This document shows, piece by piece, positions 33,520-43,003 of a DNA stretch of 64,000 bases. Within the stretch, counting starts at the first letter, position 1, and each line of letters starts with the position of its first letter. Location: positions 1,013 through 65,012 of the forward strand of contig JAVYKI010000002.1 in assembly GCA_038742305.1 (NCBI GenBank), read 5' to 3'. The stretch comes from Candidatus Aenigmatarchaeota archaeon (GTDB lineage Archaea > Aenigmatarchaeota > Aenigmatarchaeia > CG10238-14 > SpSt-28). The translations under genes were made by a program, and so were the position numbers. The notes beneath the pieces are model-generated. The model saw only the letters and a list, made by a program, of their open reading frames with translations, was not told the origin of the DNA and did no database searches.

Positions 33520-34494
33520 TTAAAGCTTTTTTATATAAAATTTTGAACCTTTTACACCTTTTGCTCTTATTAGCTTAACTTTTCCTAATTTTATTAGTTC
33601 TTTAACTAAATTGTTAAAAGTCCTTCTGCTTATATTAAATTCTTTTTCAATTATTTCAAAAACTTCGCTAGTAGTTACTTTTTCTTTTTCCCTAACTATT
33701 TGCATTATTCTGTTTAATCTTTCATCTTCAAACTTTTCACTTTCTTCAATTTTATTTAAAACTTCTTTTAAATGTTTAACTTGCAAAATTTTTGAATTTT
33801 CTTCAATCATTTTTTCTATAGCTAGTTTTGCTAATTTTAAAATTACTCTTACATCGCTATTCCTTTTATAACTTTCGTTTGCAAGCAAAACTATTACTGC
33901 ACTTTCATATTCCAAATTTAATAAATTTAATCTGTATTTTGCAATATCTTTTAATTGTTCAAAGCTATATTTTTTAAATTCAATAGTTTCTAGATTTAAA
34001 GAGCTTAATACTCTTTCTTCTAAAGATAAAATAAAATCTTTTGAATTAGAAATCAATATTAGCAAAACATTTTTTGCTTCTCTAAGTATTAAATAAAGAA
34101 GTTCGTTTAAATCTTTAACTTTATCTACTTCATCTAAAACAATTATAAACTTTTCAACTTTTTTACAAATTTCTAAAAACCTTTCTATAACTTCTTCTTT
34201 AGAAATACCCTTTTTAGGAATAATTTGCTTAAACTCTTCTAGAACTTTTTGTAAAATTGAAAATGTATCATTATATTTCCAACAGTTTATGTAAATGCTT
34301 TTTGCTGAAATATTTGATAAGGCAATTTTTATGGCAGCAGTTTTGCCTATTCCTGGAGGACCATAAATTAATAAATCATAAAATTTTCCGTAAAGCAAAA
34401 ACTTTTGAATTTTTGAATGAATATCTCTAATTTCATTTTCTCTATGTGGCAATTCTTTTGGCAAATAATCTTCTGAAAGTAAATCTATTTCCAT
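33520..34494 (-). CDS. cdc6: Orc1/Cdc6 replication initiator (short, 324 aa).
   Basis: DYLPKELPHRENEIRDI...LLIYGPPGIGKTAAIK with a C-terminal winged helix. Confidence 0.8.
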   Translation of the reverse strand: MEIDLLSEDYLPKELPHRENEIRDIHSKIQKFLLYGKFYDLLIYGPPGIGKTAAIKIALSNISAKSIYINCWKYNDTFSILQKVLEEFKQIIPKKGISKEEVIERFLEICKKVEKFIIVLDEVDKVKDLNELLYLILREAKNVLLILISNSKDFILSLEERVLSSLNLETIEFKKYSFEQLKDIAKYRLNLLNLEYESAVIVLLANESYKRNSDVRVILKLAKLAIEKMIEENSKILQVKHLKEVLNKIEESEKFEDERLNRIMQIVREKEKVTTSEVFEIIEKEFNISRRTFNNLVKELIKLGKVKLIRAKGVKGSKFYIKKL

Positions 34495-34518
34495 AATTGA
34501 ATCAAAAAAGAAAAAATA

Positions 34519-34620
34519 TAGCCCCGCCCGGATTCGAACCGGGGTCTCCGGGTTTCTTTCATTAGATCAAAGCTTTGGTTGCCCAAAGCCCGGCATCCTT
34601 GGCCGCTAGACGACGGGGCT
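34519..34620 (-). tRNA. tRNA-Gln(UUG) with a ~29-nt intron.
   Basis: Reverse complement AGCCCCG...CCGGG CUUUGG [GCAACCAAAGCUUUGAUCUAAUGAAAGAA] A CCCGG ...GGUUCGAAUCCGGG CGGGGCU. The intron carries CCAAAG complementary to the anticodon loop. Confidence 0.7.
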
Positions 34621-35009
34621 TTATAATTATCTTTATAAAATTATGATTAAAAAAATTAAAGCTTGTTTTATCCTTGCAGCTAATTTTAATTTTGATAAAT
34701 AAATTAGAAAATTATCGGATATTATACTTTGAAAATGTGTCAAAGCTTTAGAATTAAACTTCAAAAAAATTCTATATATTGAAAACTTTATTTAAATATG
34801 ATATTAGCTTTTGGAGTCAAATTTTTACTTAAAATATTTACCCTAAGAGCTAAACTTTTAAATAAAGAATTAGTTATATTTCTGGCTATATTTAAAGTAA
34901 TTAAAATTCATACCTTTATGGAAACGATTGTTAAAAATTTAAAACTTTTCAAATAAATTTCTCTTTATATAGGGAAAGAATTTAAAATTTTTTCCCTCTT
35001 ATAAATTTT
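34621..35009. other. Candidate replication origin region (AT-rich, ~390 bp, upstream of orc1/cdc6) with small hairpins.
   Basis: Position relative to cdc6; hairpins CTTTGAaaatgtgTCAAAG (~34728) and AGGGAAAgaatttaaaatttTTTCCCT (~34970); no coding capacity. Confidence 0.35.
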
Positions 35010-36263
35010 ATGGAGGACAAAATTTATCAGTATATAATTGATAGAAAAAGGGACATAGAGAAAATTGATGTAAAAGAAAGATTAATAAAAATAAATCCTA
35101 CTAAAGATTTTATTATTTCAATAATAGGTCCAAGAAGAGCAGGAAAAACATATTTCCTTTATCATTTTATAAAAGAAAATTTAAAAGAAGAGGATTATCT
35201 TTTTGTAAATTTTGAAGAAATAGAAGGAACTCTTGAAGAATTCGTTAAAAAGCATCAAGAAATATATGGAAAGCTTCCAGAATATTTGCTTTTAGACGAA
35301 ATTCAAGCTTTGAAAAATTGGGAAAAAGAAGTTTATAAAGTTTTTGAAAGAAAGAAGTTTTATATTTTTTTAACTGGTTCGTCTTCTAAATTTCTAAGCA
35401 AAGAAATCGCAACTCAATTAAGAGGAAGAAGCACGACAGTAAAAATATTTCCATTTTCTTTTCGAGAAGTTTTAAACTTGAATGGATTATTAAAAAAATT
35501 TTATAGTAGTGAAGAAATAGGTAAAATAAAAAGTATATTGAGAAATTTAATTAAAGAAGGCTCTTTTCCAGATATAGTTCTCAAAAAAATAGAACCTTCA
35601 AAATTTTTTTCAGAGTTTATAGACTTAATAATTTATAAAGACATTATTAAAAGGTATGGAGTTAAAAACAGAGTTGCTTTAGAATTTTTTATTAAAAACG
35701 TAATTTCTTCTAATTCAAATATTTTATCTCTAAATAAAATTTACAATGCAGCAAAATCTATGCAAATAAGAGTAAGTAAAAATACTCTTTATACTTTTCA
35801 AAAATTTTTAGAAGATATAAATGTAGTTTTCTTTCTAAAAAAATATTCAAGAAGCATTAGAAAAATTGAATTAAGCTTACCTAAGGTTTATTTAGTTGAT
35901 AACGGTCTTTATAGCTATACAGTTTACAAGCAAGATTTAGGTATTTTGCTAGAAAGTTTCGTTTTTCAAGAATTAATTAAAAAAGGTTATGAACCTAATA
36001 AAAATCTTTACTATTTTAGGAATGGTTATGAAGTAGATTTTGTTATATTAAAAGGCGAATTAGTCGAAAAGCTTATTCAAGTAACTTATGCTTCAAATAA
36101 AGATGAAATAGATAAAAGAGAAATAAGGTCATTATTAAAAGCAAGTGAATTATTAAAATGCAAAGATTTATTAATAATTACTTGGGATTATGAAGATGAA
36201 CTGAAAATTGAAAATAAGGAAATAAAGTGTATACCTTTATGGAAATGGTTATTAAAAAATTAA
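35010..36263 (+). CDS. AAA+ superfamily ATPase (COG1373-like, DUF4143-type C-terminus).
   Basis: IIGPRRAGKTYFLYHFI Walker A, LLLDEIQ Walker B. Confidence 0.7.
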   Translation: MEDKIYQYIIDRKRDIEKIDVKERLIKINPTKDFIISIIGPRRAGKTYFLYHFIKENLKEEDYLFVNFEEIEGTLEEFVKKHQEIYGKLPEYLLLDEIQALKNWEKEVYKVFERKKFYIFLTGSSSKFLSKEIATQLRGRSTTVKIFPFSFREVLNLNGLLKKFYSSEEIGKIKSILRNLIKEGSFPDIVLKKIEPSKFFSEFIDLIIYKDIIKRYGVKNRVALEFFIKNVISSNSNILSLNKIYNAAKSMQIRVSKNTLYTFQKFLEDINVVFFLKKYSRSIRKIELSLPKVYLVDNGLYSYTVYKQDLGILLESFVFQELIKKGYEPNKNLYYFRNGYEVDFVILKGELVEKLIQVTYASNKDEIDKREIRSLLKASELLKCKDLLIITWDYEDELKIENKEIKCIPLWKWLLKN

Positions 36264-36280
36264 TTCAATTTAAAATAAAA

Positions 36281-37570
36281 TTAAGCAAGTTTAAATTTTT
36301 TGAAAATAGTTTGAAATCTTTTATCGCTCATAAGCTTATTAATATTTTTTATCATTTTTTCAACTTTTTTGTAAGTTGAAAGCAATTCTCTAACTTCTTC
36401 TTCTTTTGTTCCACTACCTTTAGCAATTCTTCTTATTCTGCTTTCATTAATTATTTTCGGATTTTTTCTTTCTTCTTTTGTCATACTATCTATTATTGCT
36501 TTCCATTTTTTCATTTTTGCTTCTTGTAATTCCAAAACTTCTTCTGGAACAGAAATGCCAACCCCAGGAATTAATTTTGCTACTTGAGTTAAAGGTCCTA
36601 ACTGCTTTAAATATTTTAATTGTTTGTAAAAAACTTCTAAATTAAACTCTTCTATTTTTTCTTCTTCCTTAACAACTTCTTTAACTTTTTGAAGTAAAGT
36701 ATTTAAATCTCCTAAGCCTAACAACCTCGAAACAAAACTTTTTGGATCGTATTCTTCAAAGGCATCAACTTTTTCTCCATAGCTTATAAACTTTACTTTT
36801 GCATTGGTTGCACTACAAGCAGCAAGAGCTCCTCCACCTTTTGCTGTAGAATCTAGCTTAGTAACTATTATTCCAGTTATTCCTACAAGCTTATGAAATT
36901 CTTCAGCTTGTTTTTTAGCAACTTTTCCTATATCTGCAGGAATTACTAATAAAACTTCATCCGGCTTAATTATTTCTGCAAGTTTTTTTAATTCGTTCGC
37001 AAGCTCTTTATCTAAAGCATTTCTACCAGCTGTATCATATATTATTGCATCATATTTCTGCAAATAATTCAAAGATTTTTTAGCAACTTCTATTGCATTG
37101 CTATTTGCTAAATAATCTACATGTATTTGATTAGCAAGCTGTATTAATTGTTCTTTAGCAGCAGGTCTATGATAATCTAAGCAAACAAGCAAAACTTTTA
37201 ACCCTCTTTTTTGAAAATATTTGGCAAGCTTTGCAGCAGCAGTAGTTTTACCAGAACCAAAAAGCCCAACAAGCATTATTTTCTTTTTTCCTATTAAAGA
37301 AACTTTTTCTTTTCCAAGAATTTCAACAAGCTTATCATACATTAGCTTAATTATATATTCTCTATAAGTTAAGCCAGCTGGCAACTTTTCGCTTTTCAAT
37401 TCATTTTTTATAGAATTTATTATATTGTTTGCTAATTGAATATCTATATCAGCTTCTATTAAAGTTTTTTTAAATTCATTCAAAACTTCATTTATTAATT
37501 TTTCATCAACTTTTGAGCTAGAAATTTTTCTTATTAAGTTTTCAAAACTTTTTGCAATAAAGCCTAGCAT
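36281..37570 (-). CDS. srp54: Signal recognition particle protein SRP54.
   Basis: GLFGSGKTTAAAKLA and DTAGR; M-domain at the C-terminus. Confidence 0.9.
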   Translation of the reverse strand: MLGFIAKSFENLIRKISSSKVDEKLINEVLNEFKKTLIEADIDIQLANNIINSIKNELKSEKLPAGLTYREYIIKLMYDKLVEILGKEKVSLIGKKKIMLVGLFGSGKTTAAAKLAKYFQKRGLKVLLVCLDYHRPAAKEQLIQLANQIHVDYLANSNAIEVAKKSLNYLQKYDAIIYDTAGRNALDKELANELKKLAEIIKPDEVLLVIPADIGKVAKKQAEEFHKLVGITGIIVTKLDSTAKGGGALAACSATNAKVKFISYGEKVDAFEEYDPKSFVSRLLGLGDLNTLLQKVKEVVKEEEKIEEFNLEVFYKQLKYLKQLGPLTQVAKLIPGVGISVPEEVLELQEAKMKKWKAIIDSMTKEERKNPKIINESRIRRIAKGSGTKEEEVRELLSTYKKVEKMIKNINKLMSDKRFQTIFKKFKLA

Positions 37571-37593
37571 AAATTAATAGAAAAAATAAATTT

Positions 37594-38457
37594 ATGATTA
37601 AAGAATTTGAAAATAAGGTTTTTAAAACAATTGAAAAATATAGATTAGTAGAACCGAAAGATAAGATTTTTGTAGCTTTGAGTGGAGGAAAAGATAGTAG
37701 CGCTGCACTATTAGCTTTAAAAAGGTTTATTGAAGAAAAAAGTATAAGGGCTGAAGTTTATGCTTATCATATAAACTTAGGATTTGGTTATTCAGATAAG
37801 CTTCAAGAAGATGTCGAAAAAATTGCTGAAAAAATTGGAGTAAAGCTTTATGTAACAAATTTAAAAGAAGAATACGATTTTGATATAATTAAAGTTTCAA
37901 AAATTACTAAAAGGCCTATTTGTTCTGTTTGCGGATTAGTAAAAAGATATTTAATGAATAAAATTCCTAGAGAATTAGGGGCAACAAAGCTCGCAACAGG
38001 CCATCATGCTTCAGATTTCTTAATAATGTACTTTAAAAATGTTTTAAATAATAACTTTGAATGGAATTTTAAAATTTTGCCAAAAGTAAAATCAGAACAT
38101 CCAAAACAATTAACAAGAATTAGACCACTATTTTTTGCTTTTCCAGAAGAAAATAGAGAATATTGCAAAGCTTTCGAAATTCCAATAACAGAAATTAGTT
38201 GTCCATACTCTCCAAACTTTTGCTGCTATTTAACAAAAAAGCAAGATTCAAAACTTTTCGAAATAATAAACTTTTCAAACAGAATATATAAAGATTTTGG
38301 AGTACAGTTATTAAAATCTATAATAAACTTTAATAAAAAATACAAAATTGAAAAAGAAGAAATAAGAGAATGCAAAAAGTGTGGAGAACCTACTAATAAA
38401 GAAATTTGCGCTTTTTGCAAGCTAAAAAGTTATTTAGAAATAAATGTTTTTTCATGA
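37594..38457 (+). CDS. PP-loop ATPase, tRNA thiolation protein of the TtuA/NcsA (Ncs6/Ctu1) family.
   Basis: SGGKDS PP-loop; CxxC pairs at the N- and C-terminal ends. Confidence 0.7.
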   Translation: MIKEFENKVFKTIEKYRLVEPKDKIFVALSGGKDSSAALLALKRFIEEKSIRAEVYAYHINLGFGYSDKLQEDVEKIAEKIGVKLYVTNLKEEYDFDIIKVSKITKRPICSVCGLVKRYLMNKIPRELGATKLATGHHASDFLIMYFKNVLNNNFEWNFKILPKVKSEHPKQLTRIRPLFFAFPEENREYCKAFEIPITEISCPYSPNFCCYLTKKQDSKLFEIINFSNRIYKDFGVQLLKSIINFNKKYKIEKEEIRECKKCGEPTNKEICAFCKLKSYLEINVFS

Positions 38458-39359
38458 TAAAAATAACTATTTTAGGTTCTGGCTCTTCAATCCCAACTTT
38501 TGATAGATGGCATCCTTCAGTTGCTTTAGAACTCTTTTATGATAAATATTTTTTAATTTTGCTTGATTGCGGAGAAGGAACTCAATTAAGATTAATGCAA
38601 TCTAAAATTAGCTTTATGAGAATTTCTCATATTTTAATTACTCATTGGCATGCGGACCATTTTGCTGGTTTAATTCCTTTATTACAATCAATGCAATTAG
38701 AAGGAAGAAAAGAAAAATTATACTTAATTGCTCCAGAAGCTTCTAAAATGTTTGAAAATATAAAAAATCTTTATTATTACAAACTAAAATTTCCTGTAGA
38801 AACAATAGATGCAGAAGAAAAAGTAATTTTCGAAAACGAATATTTTTCAATAAGCGCATTAGAAGTTATTCATACAGTAAAAGCTTTTGCTTATAAAATA
38901 GAAGAAAAAGAAAAGTGGAAAATAAATGAAGAAAAATTAAAAGCTTTAGGGTTAAAAAGAGGAAAGTGGTTAAATATATTAAAAGAAAAGGGTAAATACG
39001 AAATTAATGGAAAAATTGTTAAATTAGAAGAAGTCGCAGATTTAGTAAAAGGTAAGAAAATTGTTTATACTGGAGATACAGAATATTGTGAAAAGCTTGT
39101 AGAATTTTCAAAAGATGCAGATATTTTAATTCATGATTCTACATATTTAGAAAAAGATAAAGAGAAAACAATGCACTCTAGCGCTTTAGACGCTGCAAAA
39201 ATCGCAAAACAAGCAAATGTTAAAACATTAGTTTTAACTCATTTTAGTAGAAGATATCAAAAAGAAGAAGATTTTAAAGAGTTTGAAAGAGAAGTTAGGA
39301 GTATTTTTAATGGGAACTTAATAATAGCAAAAGATTTACTTAGTTTTGAAATAAAATGA
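38454..39359 (+). CDS. rnz: Ribonuclease Z (tRNA 3' endonuclease). The start is set at the internal MIKITILGSGS.
   Basis: ILGSGSSIP, ITHWHADHFAGL (HxHxDH). Confidence 0.8.
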   Translation: MIKITILGSGSSIPTFDRWHPSVALELFYDKYFLILLDCGEGTQLRLMQSKISFMRISHILITHWHADHFAGLIPLLQSMQLEGRKEKLYLIAPEASKMFENIKNLYYYKLKFPVETIDAEEKVIFENEYFSISALEVIHTVKAFAYKIEEKEKWKINEEKLKALGLKRGKWLNILKEKGKYEINGKIVKLEEVADLVKGKKIVYTGDTEYCEKLVEFSKDADILIHDSTYLEKDKEKTMHSSALDAAKIAKQANVKTLVLTHFSRRYQKEEDFKEFEREVRSIFNGNLIIAKDLLSFEIK

Positions 39360-41185
39360 AAGAAATTAATTTAACTTTTATAGAATTAGAAAAATGGATT
39401 AAAGAAAATAGAGAAGAATTAATAGGTTCTAAAATTAAAAAAATTAAGCAAAGAGAAAATATATTTGATTTTGAATTGTTTAAAGGAAAAAACTTTCATT
39501 TAATAGTTTTATTGCCATATTTTTGCTTTATAAGAAAAAGTGGTATAAGAATTGAAAAGCCTACAAACTTCTCAATGCAACTAAGAAAAATTTTAGAAAA
39601 TGAAGTAATAAAAGATGTTTTCCAAAAAGAGTTTGAAAGGATTTTAATTTTTCAAACAAATAATTACAAAATAATTTTTGAATTTTTTTCTGAAGGAAAT
39701 ATAATAGTAGAAAAGGATAAAATTGTTACTGCATTAATTCAAAGAGAATGGAAAGACAGAAGCATTATTATAGGCAAGGAATATAAATTTCCACCTTCAA
39801 AAAATCTAATTAAATTAAGCTTTGTAGATTTAATAAATTCTATAAAGGAAGATAAAAACCTGGCAGCTTTTTTAGCTTCAGACTTTGGATTAAGCAGCTA
39901 TTATGCAAATTTAATTTTAAGTGAAACAAAAATTGAAAATAAAAAAGCAAAAGAATTAACTCAAAAAGAGTTAGATACAATTTTAAGAAAAATAGAAGAA
40001 ATAAGAAACTCAAAAAATTATTCTGTAATAACTAATAGCACTATAATTATTGATAGTTATAAGCGAAAGCAATTTGAAAAAATTAATGAAGCATTTAATT
40101 TTGCTTTTGAAGTTTATACTAAAAGAATTAGTAAAAAGAAGCAAGAAGAATTGCAAAAAAAGCTTGAAAAAATAATAGAAGAAAAAGAAAAAAGACAAAA
40201 AGAATTAGAAGAAAAATTAAAAGAATTAAGCAAAAAAATAGAAATTCTTGAAAATAGTAGAGAAGCCATTAATAATGCAATAAATAGAATATATGAACTT
40301 ATAAATGCAAAAATAGACTGGAAATTTATAAAAGAAATTATTAAATCTGAATTCTATTTTATAAAAGAAATAAATGAGAAAAAAGGAACAATTATATTAA
40401 ACTTAGAAAATATTGAAATACCATTCATTAAGCCATTAAAAAATTTTTTAGAAAGTTTGTATGAAGAAAGAAAAAGAATTAAGCAAAAATTAGAAAAAGC
40501 CGAAAAAGTTGAAATAAAAGTTGAAGAAGAAAAACCAAAAGAAAAAGCTGAAAAAGAGGAAAAGAAGTGGTTTGAAAAATTCAGATGGTTTATAAGTTCG
40601 GATGGTTATTTAGTTTTAGCTGGAAAAGATGCTGAAACTAATGAATTATTAATAAAGAAATATGCTAGAGATTACGATTACGTTTTGCATGTAGATATTC
40701 ATGGTTCTCCTTTTGTTTTAGTTAGAAACGATAAAAAAGAAGCAGTTCCTGCTCAAACTTTATATGAAGCAGCTCAATTTGCAGCTTGTTATTCAAAAGC
40801 TTGGAATTTAGGATTAAGCGTTATAGATGTTTATTGTGTTAGGCCTAATCAATTAAAAAAAGATAATTTGCCAAAAGGAAGTTTTTTAGTTGTTGGAGAA
40901 AGAATATGGTTTGAAAAAGTTAAACTTAGAATTTCTATTGGAGCAGTTATAGAAAACAATAAAGTATTTATAAGGGCTGCACCTCCAGTAGCTTTAAGGA
41001 AGCAAACACAATTTATAGCAACTTTAGTTCCTGGCAATAGGAGTGCTAAAGAATTAGCTCAAGAAATAAAAAAGCACTTAATATCAATTATTCCATTTGA
41101 ATTTAGAGATGAATTAGAAAAAAAGAGTTTGGAAGAAATAGAAAGGTTAATACCTTATGGAAAAGGCGAACTAGTAAAAGTTTAA
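39356..41185 (+). CDS. NFACT/Rqc2/FbpA-family protein (archaeal NEMF homolog).
   Basis: N-terminal NFACT domain, central coiled coil, C-terminal DUF814-like ...YVLHVDIHGSPFVLV... Confidence 0.65.
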   Translation: MKEINLTFIELEKWIKENREELIGSKIKKIKQRENIFDFELFKGKNFHLIVLLPYFCFIRKSGIRIEKPTNFSMQLRKILENEVIKDVFQKEFERILIFQTNNYKIIFEFFSEGNIIVEKDKIVTALIQREWKDRSIIIGKEYKFPPSKNLIKLSFVDLINSIKEDKNLAAFLASDFGLSSYYANLILSETKIENKKAKELTQKELDTILRKIEEIRNSKNYSVITNSTIIIDSYKRKQFEKINEAFNFAFEVYTKRISKKKQEELQKKLEKIIEEKEKRQKELEEKLKELSKKIEILENSREAINNAINRIYELINAKIDWKFIKEIIKSEFYFIKEINEKKGTIILNLENIEIPFIKPLKNFLESLYEERKRIKQKLEKAEKVEIKVEEEKPKEKAEKEEKKWFEKFRWFISSDGYLVLAGKDAETNELLIKKYARDYDYVLHVDIHGSPFVLVRNDKKEAVPAQTLYEAAQFAACYSKAWNLGLSVIDVYCVRPNQLKKDNLPKGSFLVVGERIWFEKVKLRISIGAVIENNKVFIRAAPPVALRKQTQFIATLVPGNRSAKELAQEIKKHLISIIPFEFRDELEKKSLEEIERLIPYGKGELVKV

Positions 41186-42267
41186 AGCCTTCCTCTATCT
41201 TTCATTGCTTGTAAAACTCTTTCTTGAGCAATTCTTAATGCAGCTTGTCTATAAGTAATTTCTTCTTTTTCTGCAGTTTCCAAAACAAGCTTAGTATTTT
41301 TTGAAATTTTTTCTTCAATAGTTTTAAACATTAAATCTATTTTTGATCCATATTCATATTCTATCCATGAACTAATTACTCCCCCAGCATTTACTAAAAA
41401 ATCTGGCAAAACTTTATATTTTTTATCCATTTCTTCTTCAATGCTTGGCTTAATTGGGGCGTTTGCAGCTTCAATTATAACTTTTGCTTTAATTTTGTTT
41501 GCAACACTTTCATCTATGCTAAAAGAAAGTGCAGAAGGAATTAAAATATCTACATCTAATTCAAAAATTTTTCTTGTTTCATAAACTTCTGCATCTTGAT
41601 AATTTATAACGCTATTGCTTCTTTTTTTAACTTCTATTACTTCATCAATTTTTAAACCTCTTGGATTATAAATAGTTCCTTTAGAATCGCTAACAGCAAC
41701 TATTTCATAACCTTTTTCATATAAGAATTTTGCAGCAAAGCTTCCTACATTTCCAAAACCTTCTATTGCAATTTTAGGATTATCTAAATTGAAATGCTTA
41801 ATTGCAATTTCTGTTGCAATAGCTACTCCATATCCAGTAGAGCCTAATTCATGTGGTAAACCATTTAAGCTTAATGGTTTTCCAGTAGCTGCTTTCAAAT
41901 TATTTAACTCATCGCAAAAAGCTGCCATATCCTTTTCATTAGTATTAACATCTGGTCCAGCAACATATTCGCTTGGGACAAACTTTTCTATTAACCTTGC
42001 AAACCTTCTAATTATTTGCTCCTTATCAATTCTTCTAGGATCGGCTCTTATTCCGCTTTTTGCTCCACCAAAAGGCAAATCAGCTAAAGCAGTTTTATAA
42101 GTCATAATTCTTGCAAGCTTTTTAACTTCTTCTTCATTTACGCTAGTAGTAAATCTTATTCCGCCTTTTCCTACTCCTCTAGCTGTATTGTCAATTACTA
42201 AAATTCCTTCAAAATTTAATTTTGGGTCGTAAACTTTTATTACTTTCTCTGGTCCAAATATATCCAT
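41182..42267 (-). CDS. gdh: Glu/Leu/Phe/Val dehydrogenase family (short GDH).
   Basis: LPFGGAKSGIRADP and a GFGNVG Rossmann motif. Confidence 0.75.
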   Translation of the reverse strand: MDIFGPEKVIKVYDPKLNFEGILVIDNTARGVGKGGIRFTTSVNEEEVKKLARIMTYKTALADLPFGGAKSGIRADPRRIDKEQIIRRFARLIEKFVPSEYVAGPDVNTNEKDMAAFCDELNNLKAATGKPLSLNGLPHELGSTGYGVAIATEIAIKHFNLDNPKIAIEGFGNVGSFAAKFLYEKGYEIVAVSDSKGTIYNPRGLKIDEVIEVKKRSNSVINYQDAEVYETRKIFELDVDILIPSALSFSIDESVANKIKAKVIIEAANAPIKPSIEEEMDKKYKVLPDFLVNAGGVISSWIEYEYGSKIDLMFKTIEEKISKNTKLVLETAEKEEITYRQAALRIAQERVLQAMKDRGRL

Positions 42268-42271
42268 AAAT

Positions 42272-43003
42272 TTATATAAACTTATTTAAATTCTTTTTTA
42301 TTTGATTAATTACTTTCTTTTCACTAACTTTATAAAAATTTGCAATTTCTTTAACAACTTCTATTACATCTTTGCTATTCATTTTTACATTTTTATATTC
42401 ATATGGACCATCGCTTTCAGTTAAAATATTTTTTAAATCTAAAATTTCTAAAGCTTTTCTATGATTTTCTTTAAATTTTAAAGTAATGTTGAAAGAGCAA
42501 AAGTATCCAACATTTTTAATTTCTTCTAAATAAGAAGAATATTGTACCCAATGAAAATTTGCTTTCTTTATATCAAATTTAAAAACTATATCTAAAACTT
42601 CTTTTATAGAATTTGCAGAGTGTAAATTTACAGGCAAATCATATTCTTTTGCAACTTTAATTTGCTCTACAAAAATTTCTTTTTGTTTTTCAATAGTTTT
42701 TGAAAAGAAAATTTTATCTAATCCGATTTCTCCAATTCCTATAGCATATTCAACTAATTTTTCAATTTCTTTTAAATCTTCTTTTTTTGCTAAATGAGCA
42801 TTCCAAGGATGAATTCCAACAAAAATTGGTAAATTAAATTTTTTATAAATTTCAATATTTTTTAAAGAAGTTTCCAAATTTTCGCTTACAGAAAAAATTA
42901 AAATTTTTTGATTTAAAAAATTTTCAATTTCTTTTTCAGAATATTCATAAGCATGACAATGAATATCGAAATATTTAAATAACTTGAGCTGTTCCTCCAG
43001 CAT
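42272..43003 (-). CDS. tatD: TatD-family metal-dependent hydrolase/DNase.
   Basis: FDIHCH...GIHPW...IGEIGLD...LHS...ESDGPY TatD motif series. Confidence 0.7.
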   Translation of the reverse strand: MLEEQLKLFKYFDIHCHAYEYSEKEIENFLNQKILIFSVSENLETSLKNIEIYKKFNLPIFVGIHPWNAHLAKKEDLKEIEKLVEYAIGIGEIGLDKIFFSKTIEKQKEIFVEQIKVAKEYDLPVNLHSANSIKEVLDIVFKFDIKKANFHWVQYSSYLEEIKNVGYFCSFNITLKFKENHRKALEILDLKNILTESDGPYEYKNVKMNSKDVIEVVKEIANFYKVSEKKVINQIKKNLNKFI

